Both the position numbers and the translations under genes were made by a program. Below the pieces are notes generated by a model. It was not told the origin of the DNA and searched no databases. It saw only the letters and a program-made list of their open reading frames with translations. From Eledone cirrhosa (taxonomy: Eukaryota), in NCBI GenBank assembly GCA_964016885.1, contig OZ024743.1:157728001-157792000 (forward strand): a stretch of 64,000 bases of DNA, written 5' to 3'. Of the stretch, positions 1-12,619 are shown one piece after another. Positions within the stretch are counted from its first letter, which is position 1. The number at the start of each line of letters is the position of its first letter.

Positions 1-1170
1 CTAGTAGTGATATTTTCTGTACGTTGTATATCTTTTCATTTCTTTTAGAGAGACCTCATTTTGTTATGGTTTTTGCTTCTACTTGATCGTACAGTCTGAA
101 CGGATAGATATAGCCTACATTCTGACCATCTGTATTTCCAGATCCTTATATTTGGATCATTTCTTCATTTTTAGGGAGAGAGAGCGAAATACATCATCGT
201 TTGTTGGAGCTAATACTTCTATTCAAATACACTTCCTTTCCGGTTGATTACCCTTGACCTTCATGTGTGAATCGGAATATCCCTAAATATGGTTGCTTTG
301 TCAACCTCTGGTATCTTCTCTGGTGTATGATTATGCCACTTGTTTTCTATCGATATTGCATTATTCTGACATAATTTCCAATATGTAAAAGCCCCAACAC
401 TCATGCTTAAGGATGTATTTTTTTTTTGCCTAAAACAATGAGAGTATCTCTTTCTCTCTAACTTAGTATATTCTGAAATTATATCATTGCATTTGTTGTG
501 GTTTCTGTTAGGAATCCTCTAACTCTATCTAAAACATCCTCTGTTTCAGCTTCACTTCCTGTACTTCTTATCTGTATACTCTTGTTCAACTTATATTAAA
601 GTACAACTCATGTAGGGGTTTCTCTTACTATAACTTTAGCATGACATATTGCAGCCCTGTTCTTTAGCTTTCTACCAATTTTTTACGTTTATTTTTCTTT
701 TTCTTGAGATTGTTACATCAGATTTGTTGGCATTCTTGAAGAGTGATGTTTTATATGTTAGCGTTTTCCATTGTTATTTACTAGATATTTCGGGATCCTA
801 CAGTTAATATTTTGCAGAACACGTCTACCTCCCTGTATTTGTATTAAATATATTTTTTGGTGTCAGATTCTGGGTCGAGTGTTCTAAATATCGTCTTTAT
901 CTTCCGTGTTTTTTTTGTTTCTTTTTTGGGGGGGTTTTTTGTTTTTTTTTGTTGCTCAGCCATGCTAGTTATTTCGGAAATATTATAATTATAAGAAATT
1001 TACTAGGGCATCTTAGGTATTAATTCTTATTACCTTGATTTTTCATTTATCTTTGTTGTAATTATTAGTCTAATGTATCTATAAGTCTTCCCTAATCTTT
1101 TCTTTTATTTGTGTGTATTATGTTGTCTAGCTCACTAGATTATAAGATCTTGTTTGATCGAATTCTTTTA
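1..1170 (-). mobile_element. Decayed R4/NeSL-type (RLE endonuclease) non-LTR retrotransposon, C-terminal part
   Basis: Hand translation of minus strand across frameshifts gives KIYLIQIQGGR, KPLHELY, YILKH/VGAFTYWKLCQ, KWHNHTPEK, TIFRDIPIHT, KCIxIEVLAP, SKYKDLEIQ, VQKISLL: the thumb-to-RLE motif order of R4-like LINEs. Confidence 0.75.
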
Positions 1171-1192
1171 TCTTTTATTATTTAGCATTAAA

Positions 1193-1407
1193 GGGCATGG
1201 ATTGGCAGTATCGGTAGAGGGCCGGGCGCCATTCTTTGCAGCATAGAGTTACGGTCCTTTATGATCTGAGTTCAAATCCCACCGAGGTTAACTTTGCCTT
1301 TCATCCTTACGGGGTCGATAAAATAAAGTACCAGTCACGCACTGTGGTCGATTTAATCGACTTTCCACTCCCCCCAAATTGCTGGCCTTGTGCCTATAAA
1401 AGAACCC
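1193..1407 (+). mobile_element. tRNA-derived SINE (family A, long-tail form)
   Basis: A-box-like TGGCAGTATCGG, B-box GAGTTCAAATCC, body GCCTTTCATCCTTACGGGGTCGATAAAATAAAGTACCAG; flanked by ATTATTTAGCATTAAA. Confidence 0.9.
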
Positions 1408-1423
1408 ATTATTTAGCATTAAA

Positions 1424-1609
1424 GGGAGGTGAATTGGCAGAATCAGTAGAGGGTCGGACGCCATGCTTTCTAGCATAGTTACGTCCCTTTACAGTCTGAG
1501 TTCAAATCTCGCCGAGGTTAACTTTGTCTTTCATCCTTACGGGGTCGATAAAATAAAGTACCAGTAATGCACTGGGATAATTACTGGCCTTGTGCCAAAT
1601 GTAGAAACA
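1424..1609 (+). mobile_element. tRNA-derived SINE (family A, short-tail form)
   Basis: Same head and body, lacks the GTCGATTTAATCGAC block; same 16-bp flanks. Confidence 0.9.
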
Positions 1610-1627
1610 ATTATTTAGCATTAAATA

Positions 1628-1758
1628 AGTTCAAATCCCGCCGAGGTTATCTTTGCGTTCATCCTTACGGGGTCGATAAAATAAAGCACCAGTAACATAC
1701 TGGGGTCGATTTAATTGACTTTCCCCTTGCCCTAAGCCTTGTGTCTATACTTGAAACC
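1628..1758 (+). mobile_element. 5'-truncated SINE (family A)
   Basis: Starts at B-box AGTTCAAATCCCG; same 16-bp flanks. Confidence 0.88.
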
Positions 1759-2364
1759 ATTATTTAGCATTAAATCAATGCTCTTAATTAATCTTTCTTT
1801 TACAAGTGTTAATTTAATGCCTTCTCTTAACTCCAGTCTTATATCAATTGCTTCAAAAAATGTTTGCACTGTTTGTAGCAGTGTTTGTGGTTGGAGGAAG
1901 ACATTTCTCTAGTACAAGCAAATTTTACAGATTTTACACAAAAAAACGAAAACATTCGAACTGATTTTCGCATAAATTTTGAAAAGAAAAAACCCTGATC
2001 AGTGAATACCAACAGAGTAAAGAAATAACGAAGATGTATTAGATCACACTCAATAATATTTGAGAAAATCGAATAAACTATCTCTGGAGACGGGAAAAAT
2101 GGACATGGGCGCCTGCGAGGAAACGAACACAGCATTTTCCGGCGGCACCTCTGTCCACATTTTTCCATCTCCACAAGTACTTTACCCGAATTTAGCAATT
2201 ACTATTTACAGGGGTCGGCTATTATTATAGTTGTTTGCTTTGGGATGACCACTTTCAGATTTCTTATATATAGTTATATATATTTATATATAGTTATATA
2301 TAGTTATATATATTTAATGTTATTATTTATCAGGGATTTTTCTTTTCAAAATTTATACGAAAGT

Positions 2365-2511
<147 letters not shown>

Positions 2512-2938
2512 TGCGTGTATGTGTGTGTGTGGAAAGATAGTAGCTGTAAAATCTACTCAAGCAGATTTTACTGCTTTTGTATTTATTTTATGGATGTGAA
2601 TTCTGGCTTTCATTTTCGAGAACTTGTTTGTTTGTATCGGGTTATATGGAGTTTTGCATGCTCCTTTTTTGGAGGTAATTTATATGTATTAGAATCAACG
2701 TATGTATTAATAAAATTGTAGATAATACTGCTATATACATCTTGATAAATGGACTACAATATTACAATATCGAATAAAACAGGAACATTTCTTTAATAAA
2801 ATGATTAACTACATTCATGAATGACTATAAAATAATTAGAAAAATATTACAACATTTAAAAACGGAAAAGGAAGACAAAGGCAAGTGCTCTGGGGCCATA
2901 GAAGAATGGGAGGGGGAAAGGAGGGGTCGACTCTGGGC

Positions 2939-3100
2939 CTAGGGTGCTGTAATGTTGTAGCTGCGCGCCGCAGACAAAACCGATAAAGCATTTCCGCGGA
3001 CAATGGCCAGTGACACCTCGCAGGATTCCTTCCTCAGACGAGCTGCTGACGTTCCGATCTTGCGGAGGAGCACAGCAATTGCCCTGTAAATGTCGTCTGA
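2939..3100 (-). mobile_element. 3' fragment of CRE-like RLE non-LTR retrotransposon
   Basis: ORF tail EVSLAIVRGNALSVLS resembles the SxAxQRGNA C-terminus of CRE-clade proteins; GC-richer than flanks. Confidence 0.5.
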
Positions 3101-3659
3101 AAAATACGGTTTACATTTGGTATTCTTTGTCATTGGTTTGTGTGCGTGTGTGTGCATATATGTGTGTGTATGTCAGTGTGTGTGTGTGTGTATGTGTGTT
3201 GGAAAAGAATCGGTCTGGTGTTAATTTGATTTGCGATTCATTAATGTGTTTACACGTGATGGCCGATTACCAAGCAGTATGAACATTTAAAATTCATTTC
3301 TTAATACGAAGCAAAATGCAATAAAATTTCCTTGATAAATTAATGTATTACTTACACAATTATACTTCGGAATTCTCGTATCATCTTTTATTTTGAATTA
3401 ATTTGTTCATTTTTAATCTGTGTTAATGGATATTTTTTCGGAGCAGCATTCTTTTCTATTAAATTATAATCATTATAAAAAGCAATAAATACTTCTTAAA
3501 TGTTCACAATAATTAGTGATAAATGAAAAGGGGTCGAATATCTTTGGTAATTACATTTTTAAATAGACGTTAATATTAAGAAATGCCATAGCATGAAACA
3601 GGCTTGTAAACTTTGTTATACATTATTTTCATGAAACACGCTGCAAGAGAGAGAAAGAG

Positions 3660-4110
3660 AAAGCTAATCTGTATATGGATTAGACTTCATGCAACCATTG
3701 TCTCCAACAAAATTAAATGAAACTAATATTTCTCTTCTTTCACAACTTTAATAATCTTGAACTTGAAAAATTCATCAAAATGTTTTCAAGTTTCTTCTAC
3801 ACTAAGTGTCAGCTTTAAATAAAGGTGGATATAAGAGAGTTTTTTTTTAACCAGAATCTATCATAATTGAACTCTGACCAAACAATAACAAATTATCATT
3901 TATAATGTCGTTTGTGTGAACTCGCCTTATCAACAGTTCAATCTTAGCTAGTGAAAGGTCTTTTTCAGAAAATCTTAATTGAATTTCCTGAAGACAGACC
4001 ATTCTGCACGAGGTCAGCTTTTAACCTAGATGTTCTTGTATAACAATTATCTCTAAAAGAAATCACTTTACTAACAGAATTTTATAAAATTTGGTTCGTT
4101 GATGCGGTAA
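3660..4110 (+). pseudogene. Decayed hAT transposase, C-terminal dimerisation region
   Basis: CELALSTV then (frameshift) ASERSFS...RQT at about 3915-4000, typical hAT dimerisation motif; many stops; boundaries approximate. Confidence 0.5.
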
Positions 4111-5260
4111 TGTCTGGGTCATAAGACACGATTTGCGTTTTTATTAGTTTCAATCGCAGAAAAATTGTGTAAACAGCACTCTCATTGATTTATCAACTAC
4201 CACTGAAGTACGGTGATGATAGCTACGAGTGTCTTTATATCAATTTCCTTCTGTTGTTCAAAGACGTCAGAGATTAAGTGAAAGTTTATGACGTCTGTAG
4301 ATGATATTAAATGTAAGACTATTATATTTTATGCGTGTGAGAGATTATTTGATCGTAATTCGATATTGATATTATTGATTAGAATCGAAATACAGAAATG
4401 AATCAAATATTGATTTATAACCTAACCACAATGATACGAAATTCGTGGAAAAGAAGTGTCGATTATCTGGATTCCTATACTTGAATGATAACATAGTTTA
4501 ACATACCCGATAGGGAAAAGAGCATTTTTGATCTATGTGGCATTGATACTAAGAATGTAATGTCATGAAGCTAAACACAAAAGGTGTTTTGTCCAAGCCC
4601 TACACCAATCTTGTGTATGAGTAAAATATTAAATTAAAAGTATAGTATTGAGCAAGCATTCCGTTATCTCAAGAGAAGTTATTACTTTTATGTACCAGAG
4701 TTGACGTAAATAATGGAAGTCCTAGCCAATATACGTTCGTTATCCAAGTTACTCGACTTGCCTTAACATCGTTCACTAATCATTTGTATCGAGTACATTA
4801 ATGGTTTTGTACCAAAATAGCATACACACAATTGAGTATCTTTGTAAAAACTTTGTATCAGTTAGTAGAACGAGAAAGCTAGTTTCCAGAGAAATGTTAT
4901 GACAATTATAAAGTAACGAAATGGGAGAATTGTGTTGAGATTCATATTATTAATCTTCAATATAAAAATATATATTTAACCTAGCTGTAAAAGATATTTA
5001 TCATAACAAATAGCATATATGTTGGATTTCACTCAAAGTCAAGGGGAAAAGAATAGGTATGCTTTCTGAAAAATAATATTTCTTCCGTTTTATACATGCA
5101 TGTACTTTCTAAGTCTTTTAACCAATTATTGTTACAGAACAAATCTAAATATGTACTTGTTAATAGGGTTAATTAATAATTAACTACCTGTGTCACTGTG
5201 GTATATATATTAATCTCGGGGTTATTGCTGAATTTTAACATCTGACATTTAGTCTTTATA

Positions 5261-5329
<69 letters not shown>

Positions 5330-5454
5330 ATGTGTATGTGTGTATGTGCGTGTGTGTGTCTGTGTATCTGCCTGTGTGTGTGTGTGTGTGTGGGTGTGCG
5401 TGCGTGTATTAATATTTATCTTCATCAATTTTGTATATCTAAAGATATACGGTA

Positions 5455-5510
5455 TACTCTTTTACTCTTTTACCTGTTCCAGCCATCCGGCTGAGGCCAT
5501 GCTGGGGCAT
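5455..5510 (-). mobile_element. 3' stub of a second SINE family (AAGAGTA-type tail)
   Basis: TACTCTTTTACTCTTTTAC...GGCCATGCTGG resembles the recalled 3' end of octopus OR/OK-type SINEs. Confidence 0.5.
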
Positions 5511-5710
5511 GTTTAATAAATAAATTTGAAAGCCCAGGTATTAATATTGAAAGGATGACGGATAGTACCGTCTAGCAGAAGCAGCGACGGATAACTGCCT
5601 ATACGTAATTCGAGTTTCTGGCTCTCATCTGGACAGTGACTCCCTCCCTGCTGCTCTCTGTCGCAACTTGAGAACAAGTGAGAATATGTAGTATTTTCGC
5701 GTATATATGT

Positions 5711-5776
<66 letters not shown>

Positions 5777-5883
5777 ATGTGTGTGTGTGTGTGTGTGTAA
5801 AAGGTAAACAGAAATAACAACACAATCGCTACAGTATATGGAAGAAATATATTAGGTTAATGCTTTAAATAGCAGGAAGTGGG

Positions 5884-5919
5884 TCTTAACATTTCGGGCG
5901 CTAGTCCTTCATCAGAAGA
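5884..5919 (-). ncRNA. Minimal type I hammerhead ribozyme in a PLE pLTR stub
   Basis: Minus strand TCTT-CTGATGA-A-GGAC tagc GCCC-GAAA-TG-TT-AAGA: stem I TCTT/AAGA, intact core, imperfect stem II. Confidence 0.7.
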
Positions 5920-6062
5920 AAGAATGAGAAGTTAGATAGATTGAAGGATAGGTAGGGGTGAAATTGAAAAAAATTTCTTTAGATAAAAATAACAGTTCTA
6001 TTCATGTTGACATCTCTTGGAAAACTGTTGATGTTGGCGTTTTGTGTATGATATTTTTTTTT

Positions 6063-7336
6063 AGAAAAGTGGATGATGGAGAGCATCTACCTGAAACGAA
6101 AAAAAAACGTTTTGTATAAAGAACTATATTTGTGCGCGTCCGTATGCATGTGAGTGTGAGTGTGTGTGCGCGCGCGCGTGTGTGTGTGTTATTCTACGTC
6201 CGTATGAAGCTAAGATGATATGTGTGTGTGTATATGCAAGTAAAAGAGAGTGTAAGTGTGCTTCTAAGTACGAAGCTATGAGCAAAAGTGTGTTCATATA
6301 AGGGTCCGCAGTCTGGCTGGACAATTAAACACTCACATACTCATACACACACACACACACATATTACATATACATATATATATATACCCATCCTCTCCCC
6401 TGTCCACCGCACCTCCGCACACACTGACACACTGACTTTCTCCACCTGCCATTCTCCTCTACTGCTGCTATGCCTTCTCCTTCCTTGACCCTCTGACCAC
6501 TTCTCCGCACACATAGACACACAGTCCTTTCCACCTGTCATTCTCCTCTACTCTCATCCTGCCTTGACCTCTGACCACTTTCTGTTGCGCGCGCACACCA
6601 CATCTCCATTCTTTCGACTACCACAACCAACGGATTACACACCATCGGCCATCGTTCCCACTATCCACTCCATAACATGGAAAATATCCGGCACTCTTCA
6701 CACCCTCTACGGAACTAACTTAGGAACTTATCCACGGACATACACTCACAATCTGTTTTCGAACCACGCCACCTACATCCACAAAACGTATAAACACCAA
6801 GACACACACGTGCGTACCCCCACATATATACACACTCAGCCTCCGGAATCACCCTCCCTTCACCCCTCTGACCCCTCCGCATCCACACACACACACCGAC
6901 CTACACCCCACCCCACATTCACACATGTTCCTGAACATGGAACCTCGTTCTTCCTCCAACTCTCATATTCACATACATACACACACACAAACACGTACAC
7001 CTACACACATACACAAACACCACCTTCAGCCCTCCCCGCTCGGACACCCTGCCTCCCTCTCCCCACTCCACCTGCCACCACACGCCCCACACCCTTCCAC
7101 CACTTGTTTATCTTCATGTTTATTTTTATTTGTATCCCTTCCACCGCCCCCCCCCCCTTTTTTCTAAATGTCTCTCCACCACTCCTCCACACACCCTCGG
7201 AACTCTCTTCCCACCCACTTTTCTCCTGAAGAAGGGATTATGCCCGAAACACCCCCCGCCCCCACTCTCAAGAGCGTGAAACTAATAAACCTTTGTTTGT
7301 ACTGCCTCTCTGTTTTGTTCCCGTTCCATTTTTCAC
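6063..7336 (+). mobile_element. Non-coding PLE-like element with HHR-like motif near its 3' end
   Basis: CTGAAGA-A-GGG attatg CCC-GAAAC at 7226-7250, AATAAA downstream, ends at (TA)n; 6063-6849 recurs inverted at 9057-9864. Confidence 0.6.
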
Positions 7337-7358
7337 TATATATATATATATATATATT

Positions 7359-8289
7359 TATATTAAATTTAAAGGGTATATATTTATATAAATTAGACGA
7401 AGTCATAGATACATATGTTTTTGGCAACCATTCATGGTGTGGCTCAATTAAGAATTAATTAAATCATTAATAATCAGAGCAATATATCAAAAAAAGTAAG
7501 TCCAAAGAATCAAAAGATAAAATATATACAGTATTTCCTCTCCCAATCAGTATAAATCAACCACAAAAAAAATCATTTAAACGAGGCTATAAGTTTAAAA
7601 TGTACTTATGAAGAAATAATAGACAAATGATGTAGCTTCCTTTCCACGACGTACAGCTACATGATATTTACCTTATATTCCTACTAGCCTGTAGAAATTG
7701 ACTAGACCTATAGTTAACTACACGTAATTAGGTACAAAATCGAAATTAGAAGAAAAAATGTACATAAACTTTACCATAATCTTCATAATGTTTACCACCC
7801 GGCGGTTTCGTTCCACTTTTTGGCTATATCCGGTCTTGGATGAATCCATGAGGCTCAGAACTCGTCAGGAGATACCTCAATTGGACTAAGATTTTTCTAC
7901 CATGATCCCCGCCAGAAATGAATTCAAAATGACTAAGAACCCTAACGTGGCCAGTGGTCAAGGCAGAAAGTTTGTGATTGGTGCCTGTCTGCGAGTAGGC
8001 TGGTTGTTAGAAAGCGCAGCCGAATACTGCCTAAAGTTTTATCAACCTTACGGGAGTATATATTAAATTTAAAGGGTATATATATATATAAATTAGACAA
8101 AGTCATAGATACATATATATGTTTTTGGCAACCATTCATTGTGTGAATCAATGAAGAATTAATTAAATAATTAATAATCAGAGCAATATATAAAAAAAAG
8201 TAAGTCCAAAGAATCAATAGATAAAATCTATACAGTATTTCCTCTACCAATCAGTATAAATCAACCACTTCGTTTTTGTACCTAATTAC
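7359..8289 (-). mobile_element. 700-bp non-coding HHR-bearing element in partial tandem (family B)
   Basis: Direct repeat 7359-7564/8059-8268 (period 700), 21-nt inverted tag 8269-8289 of 7724-7744, no ORF; homologous to 18312-18990. Confidence 0.75.
7793..7868 (-). ncRNA. Hammerhead ribozyme with extended domain II
   Basis: CTGACGA-GTTC...GAAC-GAAA-CCgccgggtGG-TA; stem I not clearly resolved. Confidence 0.65.
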
Positions 8290-8408
8290 AAATATTTATA
8301 TTTATATTTATATATATTATATATATATATTTATTATTGCCTTGTGCCAAAAGTAGAAACAATTATATATATACATATATATTTATTGATATATATATGC
8401 ATATATAT

Positions 8409-8504
<96 letters not shown>

Positions 8505-9020
8505 GTATATAGTTCCATTTATGGACTGTTCTTGCAACTCCCTAACTAGTCGTGCTCTTTCTGGTTCTGTGAAGCCCATCTTCTCAAGATTTGTACTGGG
8601 GCAGTTGGTGACATATCTCGGAGCCCCAAAGATCATGAGTATTAATCTAAAGGTATAGTTAGGATGGAGTCTCTGCAAGTTCCTCATCAGTGCAGTATAA
8701 ATATTCTGGCTTTCACTAATATTTAGCACGATATTGACATCTGTTGGGCAGATAATTTCCACTGCTGCCTATGGCTTCTTTTCACTGTCCCATATCCCTA
8801 TACCTGGTCTGTTATGTTTACGTTTTATTGGGTTTTTGACTGGAACATTGCACCAGTTCTCTTTCATGTTATGTGTACATATATGCCCCATATCACTGTA
8901 ACTATCTTGTCTATGAAGTATCCTTCTTACGATATGTTTATTGGCGGGGCTATCTTTTCTACCGATTACATTGTATAGTGCTTTGGCCACTACGTCATGC
9001 TTCATAGGTAGATAGTACTT
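8505..9020 (-). mobile_element. 3' fragment of R4-clade RLE LINE
   Basis: ORFs 8769..9005 (KHDVVAKALYN...HNRPGIGIWD) and 8334..8762 (EIICPTD...LMRNLQ); colinear with 59520-60000. Confidence 0.9.
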
Positions 9021-9056
9021 TTATATCACCTTATTACACTTGTGGGGGGGGGGTTA

Positions 9057-9517
9057 TTCCGGAGGCTGAGTGTGTATATATGTGGGGGTACGCACGTGTG
9101 TTTCTTGGTGTTTATACGTTTTGTGGATGTAGGTGGCGTGGTTCGAAAAAAGATTGTGAGTGTATGTCCGTGGATAAGTTCCTAAAGTAGTTCCGTAGAG
9201 GGTGTGAAGAGTGCCGGATATTTTCCATGTTATGAAGTGGATAGTGGGAACGATGGCCGATGGTGTGTAATCCGTTGGTTGTGGTAGTCGGAAGAGTGGA
9301 GATGTAGGGTGCGCGTGCAACAGAAAGTGGTCAGAGGGTCAAGGCAGGATGAGAGTAGAGGAGAATGACAGGTGGAAAGGACTGTGTGTCTATGTGTGCG
9401 GAGAAGTGGTCAGAGGGTCAAGGAAGGAGAAGGCATAGCAGCAGTAGAGGAGAATGGCAGGTGGAGAAAGTCAGTGTGTCAGTGTGTACAGAGGTGCGGT
9501 GGACAGGGGATAGTATG

Positions 9518-9577
<60 letters not shown>

Positions 9578-9864
9578 TATATAATATGTGTGTGTGTGTA
9601 TGAGTATGTGACTGTTTAATTGTCCAGCCATACTGCGGACCCTTATATGAACATACTTTTGCTCATAGCTTCGTGCTTAGAAGCACACTCAAACTCACTT
9701 TTACTTACATATACACACACACATATCATCTTAGCTTCGTACGAACGTAGAATAACACACGCGCGCGCGTGCGCGCACACTCACATGCATACGCACGCGC
9801 ACAAGTATAGCTCAAAACGTTTTTTTTTCGTTTCAGGTAGATGCTCTTCATCATCCACTTTTCT
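9057..9864 (-). repeat. Inverted copy of 6063-6849
   Basis: Reverse-complement match; duplicated ORFs 6341..6541/9365..9574 and 6124..6324/9620..9877. Confidence 0.95.
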
Positions 9865-9992
9865 TGTTACATCATAGGATATATATTTCATCTGAAGTAT
9901 CTGAAGCAGTCCTCGTCAGATATCGGGGAAACATTTATGTATGTATGGATACATCTATGTATGTTTGTATGTATGTATGTATGTATGTATGT

Positions 9993-10600
9993 GTCAGGTC
10001 ACCACTTGGTGCTACTGGTAACATGTATCCCAGTACAACCTGTCCCATGGTCGGGTCGTTGGCGACTAAACTGGCAACCCCACCAAGGTTTCTTGGTGAG
10101 GAGGGTGATTTGGGACATCCTGCAGGACTAAAAACAAAACCTGTCAAAGGGCAAAGGAGCTCTTAAGAGTCAATGGCCATCCAAAATCACCGGGAGAGAT
10201 GACCCCTTAGCCTTTGTCAAGGCAGAATTCTAGGAGAAGGAAAACTCTGATATAACACCTGCAACCCTGATGGTATCCAATGATGTTGACTTGTTCTTCT
10301 TTTTGGTAAATATCATCTTGGTTAAGAGAGTGGGACTGGCTTTGTGCAGTGCCTTTGCTCACTATAAAAGCTTCACGGCACAGGCATTGCTTTGTATCTG
10401 GAGATCTCTCTGCACTTGTCATCACATGGTACCATGGGCCCAGCACTATGTGTCAATAATTGTCACAAGTGTAGTGTTTGTACCAAATTTTTCAAGTCGC
10501 TGGCTGGACTAAAAAGTCGCACTTGTTCAGCGCATCGGTAGGGGTTCTCCTACATGGATATAAAGTAGTGGCCGTACTCGAAAACGAGTTGGCAGCCACC
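9993..10600 (+). mobile_element. Internally deleted RTE-type LINE (5' UTR joined to 3' end)
   Basis: RTE-like 5' UTR motif TCTAGGAGAAGGAAAACTCTGA; C-terminal finger CSVCTKFFKSLAGLKS; (TATG)n on both sides. Confidence 0.6.
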
Positions 10601-11156
10601 ATGTATGTATGTATTTATGTATGTATGTATGTATGTATTTATGCTTGTATGTACGTGTGTATGTATGTATATATGAATGTCATTTTTATTACAAATTCAG
10701 ACATCGTTTTTCAAATATGATATTCATTTTTATTTCTATTCCTTCGAAAGTTACCATATCATCAACAAGATCTTTACGAAGCAAATAAAATGTTGATTTT
10801 TCGAATATGATATATCATTTTTTTTTTTTTTTCTGATTAAGTATATTTTTTATAACGATTTTTGTGGAACAGAAAAGTTATATCGCCAAAACGTATTATT
10901 TCATTTTCCATCTCTTGCATTTTGGTATAATGTTAACTTCCTTCTTTATTTTATTTTTACACTCCCTTCTTTCATTTCTCTCACGTGTCTACATATTTGT
11001 GTTTGCAAATAAAGCTAAAACATTTACTGTATCAATAGGTTTGTAATTCATAGAGTACTTTCAAGTGTGTTTACAAGTAATGATATGTTTGTCCCTATAT
11101 TATTTTATGCAAGTAGTATACATGTATGTATATATTTATTTATCTATTTATCTATT

Positions 11157-11312
11157 TGTGTATATCTGTATATATGCATGAACATATATCTGTATGCATC
11201 TGTATATCTGTGTATATATGCATGAACATATGCATGTATGTATCTGTATATCTGTATATATGCATGAACATCTGTATATATGCATGAACATATGCATGTA
11301 TGTACGCATGTA
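11157..11312. repeat. Compound minisatellite built on ATATATGCATGAACA / TCTGTATA units
   Basis: Four TATGCATGAACAT cores with variable spacers. Confidence 0.85.
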
Positions 11313-11498
11313 TATATTTGTATACAATGCACGTTTGTATTTATATTTCTTCTTAGAATTCAAGCTGATCATTAACAGAGGTATAAGGCTTTATTTTTTT
11401 ATGATTTTTGTTCCAGGAATTCGTAAATATGTGCGCAAATATGTGTATATATATATAGATATGTGTGTGAGTTGTTGTTATTATTATAGTTGTTGTTA

Positions 11499-11715
11499 GG
11501 GCGGTGGATTGGCAGTATCAGTAGAGGGTCGGACGCCATGCTTTGCAGCATAGAGTTACGGTCCTTTATGATCTGAGTTCAAATCCCGCCGAGGTTAACT
11601 TTGCCTTTCATCCTTACGGGGTCGATAAAATAAAGTACCAGTCACGCACTGGGGTCGATTTTATCGACTTTCCCCTCCCCCCAAAATTGCTGGCCTTTTG
11701 CCTATATAAGAAACC
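11499..11715 (+). mobile_element. Full-length SINE (family A)
   Basis: A/B boxes and body; TSD ATT(A/T)TTATAGTTGTTGTTA 11480-11498/11716-11734. Confidence 0.92.
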
Positions 11716-12069
11716 ATTTTTATAGTTGTTGTTAATGTTGCTGTCGCACTCATGTAATTGCTGTCTATGTTTCTTTTATACACGAATGCTTCTGATTATT
11801 CTGCATGAATGTGTGAAATATGCACATACGTGATTGTTTGTATATGTTCATTCCAGTAAATTCTAAAGGAGAATATTTGGAATGTTTTACAAATATCCAT
11901 TGAACCACAGATCAATTGGATTTTTAATGATATATATCAGTTTCTTTACTGATAAAAAAAACACAGCATTTTCAAGTGGTTGTAGAAATGTGTTGCAACG
12001 CTCTGTGTACGTATAACAGTAAGTACGTATTACAATATACTGCCTGGATACAAGAGCTGTAAATTACGC

Positions 12070-12600
12070 ATTAATTCAACATAGATGATTATTTTTTCCA
12101 CAACTTATCCACTGGGCAGCTGAAATCTGCAACAGTGCATCACCTTTGATTCTTGCTCCAGAAGGCAATATTAGGTTTGTTGCATTTGCATGGAATTGCA
12201 TGGAATTGCTATATTTATTTGAAGGTTCCACACAAGTATTCCATAATATTAACGGTGTAAAATCTTTCTTCGTTCTGTTGTGCTTTGAAATGCCAGGACA
12301 ATATTGTTGCGAATACCTTGCAGACACTTTTGAACAACTGATGATTATACGAATATCTTCAACTCAGCTATGATGCAATCAAGAATATACAGGTTTGGAC
12401 GCATCCTTATGTCTTTCATTTATCCGGTACTTAGTAAATAACTGTGAATCCTATTCGGTTGGATTTGATGTATCTCTGTTTGTGTTGATAGTAATCTCTA
12501 GCTTGCAATATCTGTACCCATGCATAAATATCTAGTGGTATGATTATTGCATGTCCTCCAAATTTATTTTTGATGCAGTCGCTGTGTCACATGGAATAGC
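12070..12600 (-). pseudogene. Decayed hAT-like transposase fragment
   Basis: Minus strand LYILDCIIAELKIF and KCLQGI resemble the LDxIIxELxxRF...GIxAL segment of hAT proteins; frameshifted. Confidence 0.4.
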
Positions 12601-12619
12601 TGTACAGTAAGGGTAACTT

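Noticed and set aside
1193-1290. tRNA genes at A/B boxes
   Set aside because: Boxes belong to SINE heads; no cloverleaf or terminator evident.
1177-1774. CRISPR-like repeat-spacer pattern
   Set aside because: Spacers are 130-215-bp SINEs, repeats are TSDs, the context is eukaryotic and there are no cas genes.
2099-2260. Possible host exon (EFSNYYLQGSAIIIVVCFG, GPCR TM1-like)
   Set aside because: No in-frame start, convincing splice sites or further exons; left unassigned pending BLASTX or RNA-seq.
5600-5632. Hammerhead-like CAGATGA-GAG...CTC-GAAT on the minus strand
   Set aside because: Two core changes and no clear stems I/III; probably a dead relic.
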